Positions 1 to 12,600 of a DNA stretch of 57,390 bases are shown piece by piece (within the stretch, counting starts at the first letter, position 1; the number at the start of each line of letters is the position of its first letter). The translations under genes were made by a program, and so were the position numbers. The DNA comes from Trichoplax sp. H2 (Eukaryota): assembly GCA_003344405.1 (NCBI GenBank), contig NOWV01000304.1, positions 1 to 57,390 on the forward strand, given 5' to 3'. The notes beneath the pieces are model-generated. The model made no database searches, was not told where the DNA came from, and worked only from the letters and a program-made list of their open reading frames with translations.

Positions 1-536
1 TAAACACTTTTGCTCTACTAGCAGACTACACAAAGACTTAAACGCCTCGTATTTTACGTTAAACACTAAGTTTGAGAATCCACTTTATTACCCGATATAC
101 TGCATTTATATACTATTCCTCAATAGTTCATGAGTCATAGTTAATACAATTAACATTAGAATCATTTACTGAATTAGATATTAATTTTAGCTACTGCTCT
201 CTTAATGCAGACAACAGTATTTACCAACATAGACATATAATGACTAATACAGAATAGTCAGATTACGATATGTCCTATCACGGAACATTTCCATGATAAT
301 TTACAGTCTATCATAAGTAAATTACAATCACAATGATTCGAACTGTAAGCAGATGATTTGCATTCCCTATTATAACTATTAATTTCAGAATGTGTATAAG
401 TGTCACTGTGATAAAAAGTCAGTGCTATATTAAAATACAGTATATCCAAATTAGAAGTTAACTAAATAAGGATAGTCTAACAGAATTATCCTAACATAGA
501 TATTTCTACTGTAATACAGTATATAACACTGTAACA
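1..536. mobile_element. Family A solo-LTR-like element, cut by window start
   Basis: Near-identical to 41884-42417; ends ...aacactgtaaca like other family A copies. Confidence 0.8.
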
Positions 537-676
537 AAGTGTCACTGAGATAAAAAGTCAGAGCTATATTAAAACGCAGTATGTCCAAGTTAGAAGTTAA
601 CTAAATAAGGATAGGCTAAACAGAATTATCCTAACATAGATATTTCTACTCTAATACAGTACATAACACTATCACA
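537..676. mobile_element. Terminal ~140-bp remnant of a second family A copy
   Basis: Repeats ~399-536 but carries variants (ataggcta, ctctaatacag) shared with other dispersed copies; ends ...atcaca. Confidence 0.65.
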
Positions 677-1767
677 AGCGTAAGTATTTGCAAATATATA
701 GGTATAACGTTTTATGGCCGAAAATGAACATATTAAAATATTGAGTATACCGTATGTAAAGAAATTTTAATATAAATCTTTACCATAAATCTAGTTCTTC
801 ACTCTCTATACTTAAATAAGTCGATTTTATCAAACTTGCAATCGAAATCTCAAGGCTAATTTATGAGCAAACATTCTATTGTAACTGTCAATCCCAGTAT
901 CAGTTGTTAGCTAATCATATGCTACAATATCGACCAAATTAATTCCAAAAATTTGGTTGATAAAGTCCTGATAATAAGTGAGTGTAAATGACGTCGATTA
1001 GTAAAAAAGTAATCTCTTAGGATGCACGATCGATGCATCCCAATTCAGAACTTTCTAGTGATTTGATGATCATATTCATACAAGTAGACTGATATTATAC
1101 CTACCATTCAGTCTGTTAATGCAGTAACACAGAATATGTCTCTTTATCTTGACAGCTGTATTGGTCAATATATTTATGCAATGCATTCCGACGATATGAA
1201 CGAGGATAAGATTCAACTTAAAAGGAAATCTGTTGCGAAATGAAATATTCATTTAGACAGACGGGTTCTTACAAATATCAGGGACTGGCATTTACTATAC
1301 AGTAGCTTTTTGTTTTATCTTGGATTAAGATTGATTTATTGGTTCTATTTCACTTCCATGTGAAAGAACCATCGGTACTGATATTGATATCACTTGGTAT
1401 AATCGTTAGCTCAGTATAACTTTCATCTTTTCATTGCAGTTGATTAAGTATTGAAATCGCACGGATAATCGTTACTTTAATATGAATTTAATAAAATATT
1501 CATATACATATCTATTTTCTATTGCTCTTACTGTACACCTATTAATATGGAACATAAGTTTCTTTATCAAAGAATGAATAGCAAGATATTTTAAACTATT
1601 CCACACTTGATTCGTTTCCTTATATATTACTTAAAGAAAGAGTTGGTTTTTCTAATATTTTCATAGATTTACTGTGTTCTACGGTAATCGCATTACTAAT
1701 AGATCTAATATCATAATTCAAATTACTATCTTACTAAAGTTGTTGACAAGTAATTTATATTTCTTCA

Positions 1768-2205
1768 TGTCACAAACCAGCTTCGTGACAAGGATAACGT
1801 AAAACAAATCTCTAAATTACTAAAGTCTCCGGGATTCATTATCCCTACTCACAAGAATTTAGACGCCTTTGATTCAACCTTAAACTCAACTAGACAATTG
1901 AGAACTGCTTTATTCAACTATCTGACGGGCTTATATACCCTTCTACAGCAGCTAACATTCACAAGTCATCTTATAAAAGTACTTGGGTGAGAACATCTAC
2001 TAACTAGTTTTTCACAGTCGGACTACAATATGTCCATTCATAGAATCATTTCAGCCCACATTACAGCACAGTAATAAATTTACTGTAACACATTTATAAT
2101 TGAAGTAATTCCTATTGTAAGGAACTAGATGTAATATAATATCACTATATTATATTTTAACCAAATTTAGATAACTATTTCTTCACGGTAGTTCGTACCG
2201 AGACA
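1768..2205. mobile_element. Family B solo-LTR-like element (438 bp) with 5-bp TSD
   Basis: Starts tgtcac, ends gagaca (gtgaca in other copies); perfect flanking direct repeat cttca (1763-1767, 2206-2210); homologous to 12252-12790 and 51253-51372. Confidence 0.8.
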
Positions 2206-2370
2206 CTTCAGTATTATCATAAATTGAAAGTCGTTACAAAATTTTTTATCAAAATCTTATGAAAAACTGCTAGGGCTACAATAGCGGTCAAGAACTAATG
2301 TAGCAACTGAAATGCTAGATGTAGAAATAAAATTGGACAATAAAGCTTACNNNNNNNNNNNNNNNNNNNN

Positions 2371-2625
2371 TTTGAAAGGTTGTTTGGTCGTTGACAGTTT
2401 TTAAGTCTGTCATTTATTTTAATAATACTTAAAGCTAAGTATTTGTAAGGTTGTTCGGTTTATACTTCTCTCCATTTTTGTTTTGAAATAAATTGTTGTT
2501 GGGTTATTTCCCCAAATTTTATTTGGTGTGAAAGTATTAGCGTTAAGTCGACCGGAGTGCAACGAAAGTAGAATCAAAGTTTGTTAAAGTTTCGTAGCTT
2601 GATCTCTACACATTTCATTTCATTA
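2371..2625 (+). repeat. Dispersed repeat family D, end with catttcatttcatta tail (possible non-LTR retroelement 3' end)
   Basis: Reverse complement of 52870-53118; abuts family B sequence at 2626; begins at an assembly gap. Confidence 0.65.
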
Positions 2626-2835
2626 TATCACTATATTATATTAACCAAATTTAGATAACTATTTCTTCACGGTAGTTCGTACCGTGACACTTCAGCATTA
2701 TCATAAATTAAAAGTCGTTACAAAATTTTTTTATCAAAATCTTATGAAAAACTGCTAGGGCTACAATAGCGGTCAAGAACTAATGTAGCAACTGAAATGC
2801 TAGATGTAGAAATAAAATTGGACAATAAAGCTTAC
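2626..2835. other. Duplicate of ~2140-2350 across an N gap (probable second haplotype)
   Basis: Near-identical sequence on both sides of gap 2351-2370, with a few SNPs and indels. Confidence 0.7.
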
Positions 2836-3713
2836 CGCCCATAACGATTTACTAAGTTCAAGCGATTAAACTTCCTTTCAAAATTCTCTACGACGTAAAA
2901 TATTAACGTAAAGATTACAGTGACTACTTGAATTACTAGAAAAAATAGAGATCTAGGCTTAATATCTGACTTACTGTTATGAAATCAGTTCTATGAAAAG
3001 ATTACAAAAAAAGATAATTCTACTAATTATCCCCCTGAAACATGTATCCAAGCTTTAAAAATTGCCCAAGAAACTTTTGATAATACTTATTCCTAATCCT
3101 ACAGATTCTCAGTGATTTACACATTTTCTAATTTGCGTTAAGCAGTAAAATTTGGAACGAACTTTATTAAAAAAAAATACCGGGCTTCTATAACTCTTTA
3201 TATTAGCTAGAATTTACAATTAGTATCAAAAGCGAGCATAAAATCAGCTAAAAAATGGAAATCTAGATGCCTTATGAATATAGTGACGATTAAAGACATA
3301 TATATCTGATGATTAATACAAGACAAATAGATTTAATATTTTCATTCACAGAACTATCAAGCCAAAATATACAATCTAATGTGAATTAGTCAGAACCATA
3401 TATTACGGCACAAGATGAGCAAATATAAACTATCTTGTTATCTGATTTAACATTATGTTGCTTAAAATTGCTAGACAACGCCAAACTGAAATAGCAATTC
3501 GATAAGTACTAGTTATATCAAGTAACGTCGTAAAACCAAACACTTTACGGTACTGCATGAGATTAATGTAATATCTTCCTAGCCGATATAAATTATAAAG
3601 GTTAAGCAACGTTCGAAAAACCATAATTGGTTTCCATTAAGGTAAAGTACTTTAAATTTGATGCCTTTGCTATATCTAATCTAGGGTTAACTAACATAAA
3701 AACTAACAAGCTC

Positions 3714-4831
3714 TGTCACAAAACAGCTTTGCAACAAGATAACGTAATCTACGATCAATAAGTCAATTCCTTGAACCACGTATCAAGGAACGATATCTGC
3801 ACTATCANNNNNNNNNNNNNNNNNNNNGATGCCTTATGAATATAGTGACGATTAAAGACATATATATCTGATGATTAATACAAGACAAATAGATTTAATA
3901 TTTTCATTCACAGAACTATCAAGCCAAAATATACAATCTAATGTGAATTAGTCAGAACCATATATTACGGCACAAGATGAGCAAATATAAACTATCTGAT
4001 TTAACATTATGTTGCTTAACATTGCTAGACGACGCCAAACTGAAATAGCAATTCGATAATTACTAGTTATATCAAGTAACGTCGTAAAACCAAACACTTT
4101 ACGGTACTGCATGAGATTAATGTAATATCTTCCTAGCCGATATAAATTATAAAGGTTAAGCAACGTTCGAAAAACCATAATTGGTTCCATTAAGGTAAAG
4201 TACTTTAAATTTGATGCCTTAGTCTTTGAACATAATTGTTGAGCTTACGCCTTTGCTATATCTAATCTAGGGTTAACTAACATAAAAACTAACAAGCTCC
4301 TAAAGATGTTAGAATCTAGACGGAAACTACTTTCTGTTAAGGGAAAAATTTATGCGCAATCTGCGTACAGAATGATAAACTATGATAATATAAGAAGAGG
4401 ACATAAATGTATAATTCTAGGCCATATGCGACACTTACCCGTCAATTGTCGCTGTTAAATAANNNNNNNNNNNNNNNNNNNNTAGCTACTGCTCTCTTAA
4501 TGCAGACAACAGTATTTACCAACATAGACATGTAATAACTAATACAGAATAGTCAGATTACGATATGTCCTATCACGGAACATTTCCATGATAATTTACA
4601 GTCTATCATAAGTAAATTACAATCACAATGATTCGAACTGTAAGCAGATGATTTGCATTCCCAATTATAACTATTAATTTCAGTATGTGTATAAGTGTCA
4701 CTGTGATAAAAAGTCAGTGCTATATTAAAATACAGTATATCCAAATTAGAAGTTAACTAAATAAGGATAGTCTAACAGAATTATCCTAACATAGATATTT
4801 CTACTGTAATACAGTATTTAACACTGTAACA
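3714..4831. mobile_element. Family A solo-LTR-like element split by two gaps (3714-3807 and 4483-4831)
   Basis: Starts tgtcacaaaacagc, ends tgtaaca; TSD agctc at 3709-3713 and 4832-4836. Confidence 0.75.
3828..4462. other. Alternate-haplotype contig carrying the empty insertion site
   Basis: Matches 3266-3713 joined directly to 4837-4999 through a single agctc (4295-4299), with no element. Confidence 0.8.
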
Positions 4832-7800
4832 AGCTCCTAAAGATGTTAGAATCTAGACGGAAACTACTTTCTGTTACGGGAAAAATTTATGCGCAATCTG
4901 CGTACAGAATGATAAACTATGATAATATAAGAAGAGGACATAACTGTATAATTCTAGGCCATATACGACACTTACCCGTCAATTGTCGCTGTTAAATAAG
5001 CAACATTGTAGTTTTTCCGCTGTTTAAATATTTCCAGGTAAAGTTCAGTTGACGTTATAGTTTCTGTAAAGATATAATTGACTTAAAAAATATTCTTTGC
5101 TATTGAAACTTTGCTCATGAACTATGTATTTGCTCTCATATACTATTTAAGTAGTAGAGTTTGCTTCTATAAACTGAAATAAAAGCGTTTTTTCTAATAG
5201 TATCGTAATACTTAAGATATCTTGTTTGGATCCAAGGTTCATCTTAGCATCGCTTTGCTAAAAATACCGAAATTTCTTTTCTGTATTGCAATAGTTAGCA
5301 TGATTAATTTCGAATTAGAAGTAAGAAATTTAGGAACAGTTGCTGCATTATTCAGTAAAAATGTATTAGTAGATTCACTTTTTTCCTCGTCAGTCTGTTA
5401 TGAGTTAGGTGAATACAGTACAAGGATAGCTACAAGAATTAAATTGTACATTAAAATGCGACCGCTTTTATGAAAATTAAATTCTATAATCAATTAGTTA
5501 ATATATCATTACCATTTATAGTGCTATTTTTAATGGTGACTTAAATATATAAAAATGGTTTAAGAATTTTACAATATTGAATACTATCAGAATTTCCTTT
5601 AAGCTGATATTGCAGCTTTTCAATAATAATATTTTAATATCTATCAAACAGTAGCGTTAAAATTAAACTTTTAAATGTTAGATCTTAACAAACACAGACT
5701 TCATTATTAACAATTTTTAGCGTATAAGAAGTAGCAATCTTTTTTTCACATCTTGAGAAAATGTCGATCTTGAGGGGGTATAAATTGTTCATAGCTATTA
5801 TAAAGCCTAAAGCGCTTTCGTCAGTTCTAATGATGATCACCGAATATTCCTGTTGCAGAGATTGATGGGCTGTAAATAAGAAGATTGCGCGATGCTTCCA
5901 ATTGAATTTAGGAATAAACCTAAATTTTGTCCAGGTTAACATCTAGTTATCATTATTAAAACTTAAGTCGAATATGAGGCTAATAAAACAATAGTATTCT
6001 GAGATAAGTATTTCTAGTATCTGCTGCCGGTGGCTGATAGAAGTTTTGTTAAAACTACTTAAGACTAGATATGATGATCTCTTGTTGACACTTTACAGAA
6101 AGCTTTATAATGTATACGCCTATAATTGCTATATATAAGCAGTTATTTTACATTACAGGTTTTTGCAATCACAATGTTACGTTATTAATTTTATTTGCAA
6201 ATATTCGTATAGTGACAATTGTATTTACCATCCAGTAATAATTCCCAAATTTTAAGCATACATCTGCGAAATTGTAATGCAGGTGTAAAGCCAAATATAA
6301 TCACTACGCTATTTCTGTCCGGATATTGAATGTTAGGAAATAAGTCATGAATTATTTTTTGTCTAGCTTAGACATGTAGTCTGGTAACAACACGTTCTGT
6401 TAATATATGAGAACAACGAATTTATTTATTGATGTTTGTAAATAATTCAGACTAGGATGGCGATGTTTGTTTTTCATTGAATATTACCTAAGCAATTTTT
6501 TATGCTAGCAATAGACACACATTGATGTATTCCCAATTAGATAGAATTTGTTCTTTACTGTTAAAGTACTAATATGCCAAATCTAAATATTTTAAAAATA
6601 TTATTCATAGGATGACTAAATTAGCAAAGGTGAATAATGATCACTCAATTATTCGATTAGCAGTTACCTAAATTTGTATAATATTGAATAGCAGAGCTCT
6701 ATCCACTTCAATTAATTTAATACTGGGCCAGTCGCAACTGAAAATAATCTCTTAATATCTAGGTTTAGCTAGGGTGAGTGTCGGATATTTCTGCAATCAG
6801 TTGAAATACGGCAAGCCTCAATATCGAGCAGTGAGATCATTACCAGGTGGAAAAATTTCTCTGCATTGTTAATTTACCGGAAGAAAATATAATCTTAAAC
6901 AATTTACTATCAATGGTTAATAGATTAAATAATGCTCAGTATAATAACTTTGAAATTTATTGTCAGCTTTAGACGTCAAACAGTTCACCTGCATTGAAAA
7001 ATTTTTGTTGTAAATTAAAATTACATCCAATTCTAATCGACATCTTAATATGCTGGTATCTAGGTTATTATAACATGTTTTAGTCTTGAACTAATTTGAT
7101 TAATTTGTTATTTTATAAGGAGGTGTTTAAAAAATATTATATTTTTATTTAGCTCAATAGTCTCTGTATGAAAATTAAATCATTGGAATAATTTTGTTAG
7201 AGCAAAACTGTGCCTACCTACTATTTGATCCAATTAATTATATAAGAAAATTTCTTGGAGCAATTTTGAGCAGGTTAGAGATTATGTTGTTTATCTAAGT
7301 TGAATCTAAAGACCATGTGCTATAGTATAGTCTTTAAATTGATTGTTATTTTATCATTTTACTATAGCTGCATTCATTGATTTAAATTGTTAACTTTCAT
7401 TATTGAAAGGATTTGTGCTACGAGTATATGCGTAAGCAGCTTACTATTGAAATATACTACAATACAATTTTTAGCGTTTCTTTTCCTTAGATAAAGTGAA
7501 GAAAAATTAATTCAGTTAATTAACATCTTGCTATTGCTGAATAAAGTTACAGAAATAGTATGCCTTGTTTTGAACGCAAATGTCATTTGAAAAATAGATT
7601 CATGAAACTTGGTCATTTTAGTAATATAATTTAATAGCTGAAGTGCAGTCTTTTTTTTGCAAAGTCAATTCTAATTTCAGTAAACAGATTGCGAAAAGTT
7701 GTATGATGTGAAAATGAGCGATTAGTTAAATACAGCATTATTAAATATCTATTTATCGCGCTAGAAATATATTTGCTAGAATAATCAGGAATATGAGATC

Positions 7801-9607
7801 ATAAGAAACCTACTCATTTTGAAATGAAAGTAAGTTTAGATTAACCAGGACTTAAAAAGATACTATTTTTGAGTGCTTTTCACAAAAATACAGTGATAAC
7901 GAGAAGTTATAAAAGTCTCTTATTTTAACAGGATTGCATGGAATACTTTTTGACAAATCAATCGAAAATAGATTTTAGAAGACATTATTATAACAAAAGA
8001 TTCTATGATTCTATCTTTTACATCCAAAGTTCTCTATCTGTATTACATGAAATATAATGGTGTATTATTATAATTGATTTTCAAGATAGGATCTATCGTT
8101 GGATATAGAAAGCGATTATAGCAATTTATCATCTCACTTATCTATTAGTCGACAATCTTTATCGATACATCAGCTGTCATACAATATTATTAGATGTCAA
8201 ACAAGTATTTGGTGCTCACCAATGCGTACTATCATCATTTAATTTTTTTCAGCCAGCAATTAATTAAAGCTGGACGCTTATTTGCAACCGCTTTTCACAT
8301 TGATATTTTAATTAATAGACTGTTTTACAGATTATATTACTACACTTTTTTGGGGATAATAGTGATAATTGTCAATCAAAATGATCACCTTTATCAAGTG
8401 TAATGTTCATTACGGATCTCCTCTACTTGATTTGGATTTAGTATATCATAATTTGAACCGCACTAAGTTGAAATTAAAATTGAAATTACACTTCGATCTT
8501 TAAAATGATGTTCTATTTGTTAAATACAATAAAATTAAATTACAGACATTGTTTTCTTGGGTATCAATAAATAAAATTATCTTCGATTTTTGACCGTCAT
8601 TAATCATTAGTGGTACAAAAGAAGATCATAATGAATTAATAGGATACCTATACGTATTATAGAATAAGAATGATGTAAAGTGATTAAAAACAATTGATCA
8701 TGGTTTTTCTAGTTAAAATAGTGCAGATTTTTGCTATCCTAATCGTAAAACAAAGACGTCAATAACTACTTGAGTACAATCATTATTATCTAAATGAAAA
8801 TAATGTATTCATATCTACTGAATATTCGATCTTAATTGTAAGAAAGGCTAATTAAGGATTTAACACAACATGACAATTTTTTAAGGCGGATATTAGGATA
8901 TTATTTATCTTTCGATTGCGGTTGCTGACATTGTCTATAATTAATGACTGTAAACTATGATTTTCATCCTTGAAATAGTTTGGTTCGTGGAAATCTTAAT
9001 ATAGACGCAAATATGATCTACATATATCAATGATTTAACTTCTCAACCTACGTATTTTGCTAGTAATGAAATCATGACGCCATCTATGTCGTCGATTATT
9101 TTCTATTCAATGTTGTGAATAGAAATTGTGCTAAGTTTAGAATGGCGATAAAATAGAACTATTTTTACTATATTTCTAGCTAATTCTAAGATGAAAGAAT
9201 ATATTATCAGACAATACTTTATTTTAACTAGGTAGTAAAAAATGATCAAATAAAGCATGGCAAAGGATTGGAAATTTAAATTATCTTCATTTATTAGCCT
9301 TTAAAAGATTTCGACAAAAGGATGCTATATTTGCTAAATATATCTTATCAAAACAGAAGATAATGAAATTTATTTCTATGAAATAGCAAAAAATAGCTTG
9401 AATAATCTTATTCTCTTTTGATTTAATGCTTTATTTTCAATTCATTCCAAAGATCAATTCACATGCAGAATCATTGTGTGGATAAACCTATATAAGGTTT
9501 GTACTAGCTGCATTTGCTATCATAATTCATCAAAGAAGTTTGCGAACGAACATTTGAATCAGTTTTAAATCAATTTTCTTTCCGAAGTTAACTACAGATA
9601 TCCAAAA

Positions 9608-12600
9608 ATGAAATATTTAGCCGTTGTAATCGTAAGTTCACTCTTTACTATTCATGTTGTAATAACATACCTTTTTGATTGATAGAATGATCCTGGAGTA
9701 TGTAAAATTAACTATATCAGCTATCAGTACTTTCTAAAATAATGTCTGACAATTTCATCAAAGTCGGTGCTTGCAATTTTAGAATATGCAGCGTATACTT
9801 TCAAACTATTGTACGTATTACAATACTGGAAGCTGCTGTCTACAATTATTTCAGAAACTCTTAATAGTCATTTTATGACCCGAAACTTGATAGTCATCTC
9901 TAAAAATAATTGTGTGATGTGATGATATGTACTGAATTACTGTGCTTTCGCAGCTAAGATTTCAGTTTAGAAAGTAGTCATATTCACCTGTAATGAATTT
10001 TAAGTACCGATACTTCTGGCAGCTATTGTAATGTAATAAACAATAGCCAAATCAATTTCTAAAAGCGTCGTATTATAAATAAATTAACAAAAACTTTACT
10101 TTGTAAATTATCTTCTAGTTTGCTTTTGTCGCCGTTGCTATTGCAGGTAAGAATACGAAATCGCTAAGCCCAATACGTGTTAAACTAATTCTGATGAATG
10201 TAAATTTATCAAAGAATGCAAATTTTCGCTGATACCCATTATCATTTTTAGTCAGACAGTACAAAACTCCAGAAAACTGCTTTATCATATTATGATAGTT
10301 TTAGCTAACATTTATTAGATGAGAAGATCTATGTCCATATAGAAACGCTAGTGATTACTTATTACTATTTACTAGCAATATTGAAGTCGTAATCATTTCG
10401 GAAACCTTAAAAGTCAAATGTCTTGTGTGAAATGTTTGTAAAATGTCTTTGACGATACAATTTCATTTCGATCTTTAACACCTTACACCGTACTTTATAT
10501 CGATTGACTATTTATTCTGCAACAATAAAGGCAATCTTTAGTACTATACTTTAAATTTACTCAGGTTGATATATAATGTTTTACTAACATTACTTTCTTT
10601 TCTTATATTTTTCTATCATTAGCCCCAGCACTCCAAGAAAATAGTAAGTACAATATAGGAATTAAATTATTGCTAATCTACGTTATAATTGTTCTTATTC
10701 TATCTTATTTCATTTTGCTTTTTAATATTAAATTTAAAAAATCATTATATTCCATAGTCTATTTTATGCAGTTATACATATAATTGCTACCGTGTTGTTG
10801 ATAAGTAAGTCCAAATAATTATTAAATTAATTATTAGAAATGTAATGAAGACCTTCTAAGTAGTGAATATATTTAAATTTTAAATAAGATCAAAAAGTGG
10901 TACTGCTTAGTAAATTTTCCATTATCAGAAGACAATGAAGGATAGATATTGGTTGAATTGCAGTTTATCACACAATAATCAATGATTTACAAAGAATACA
11001 TCATGTCATCCATTATAGTCACATTATTTAGATTGATATTAATTTGCATCATCTAAAAAAGCACTTAAATATACGGAAATGGACTCGTATTTCGATGTTC
11101 TTTATGGGACCGATATATTTTCTTTATTATATAGTTAGCTATTCTTTCAAGGTAAACTAAGCCAAAAAAATATTAATTTAGATGAACAATACTTTCTAAT
11201 TTATCCAGAGAATTGAATTTCAATAGCGATATAATATTTCTGACTTCACACAGGATTATAAATTAAAGTAGCAAATGACTGTGTTGGTACCATATTTTTG
11301 ATATTCCTAGCTGATCCGAGCCGTAAGCTATGAATGATTAATCACAATAGTGAGATTTATACTTACGATTACAATGATTAATCGTGACTATATTTATACA
11401 AATTAAGGCTTGTGTTGATTGCCTCATTTTACAGTTATTACTGTATTGATCTGCTTTCAGAAATCCGATAAAATAGGCTATGCAGTAAATATTTACTTAG
11501 ATATAAGTGTTTGAATTGAGAAAAATATCATTGAAAGCTAATTTATGCAATGCAAATGTAATTTTAATGCACTTGGGCAAATCAATACTGTTAATATATA
11601 ATTTCATGTCATGATTACTTTCTACCTTATTTAAATGCTATAAATATACTAGATGACGTTTTCAATGTAATTATTTAAAGTTAGTTTATTAACTTGCCAA
11701 TATTGAAGTATTAGGTTATTACCGTTGATCAAATATAGCGAATACAATCCACTGCTACCTTTATTATTCTATAAACTGTAAAATCTTGTAAATTTTTTAC
11801 AATTAAATTGCTAAGGTTAATTAGCGGATTGCATAGCTGGCTACATCCACTATAGAATTAGTAATTTTCAAAAAAATTTTCTATTGCCTATATATTGGTA
11901 ATTTGCCGTATAAAATCTTTCAAATATTTAGATAGAGAAGTGTATTCGTATAAGCTCGAATGAAAGAGTTGCATAGGTTTGATATTAAGATTGAACGACA
12001 AATTTTTTTATATTTTACGTTATCAGCTGAAATCGATTGGTTCGAAAATCGAGGAGACCACGGTAAAGAATATTAAAATCGTTTTAATTACACAAATTAT
12101 GATTTGATCACATAATTTAAAGCTCCTATAATTATAGCATTATAACTAATTTTACTACTAGTTTGTCTACATATACATGCTAGAAAGGCTATTTTTAAGA
12201 TGCTTGTTCTTTAATGAATTTACAGATCAACTACCAAGTATCTAGAAAAATTAACGTAAAACAAATTTCTAAATTACTATAGTCTCCGGGATTCAGTATT
12301 CCTTAACTACCTCATAAGAATTTCACACCTTTGCTTCTACGTTAAACAACTATAAAACTATTTTTTTATTCAACCATCTGCCAAGCTTAAATACCCTTCA
12401 GCAGCAGCTATCATGTATGAGTCATAACAGTTCACAAAATTTAGCTCCTATCGGATAGCTAAATTAATACAGACATTATTTATAATTTAGAACATTTACT
12501 GAATGATTCTAGGTAATTAGACTACATTATATCCACACTCAGAATTATTTATAGTATCATCATTAATTGAATATCTGCAGGATATTCATCACAAGCGTTA

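Noticed and set aside
258..449. Recurrent 63-aa ORF MDILYFNIAL... (also 4553, 42139, 49927, 50423)
   Set aside because: Starts at TTG, lies inside family A elements, and recurs only because the repeat does; no recognisable domain.
3430..4190. Two similar ORFs MVFRTLLNLY... suggesting a gene duplication
   Set aside because: They fall in the two haplotype versions of the same locus, and a 7-bp indel shifts the frame between them.
5000..9500. Short ORFs and isolated splice-like motifs
   Set aside because: No coherent exon chain or recognisable protein; treated as intergenic or upstream sequence.
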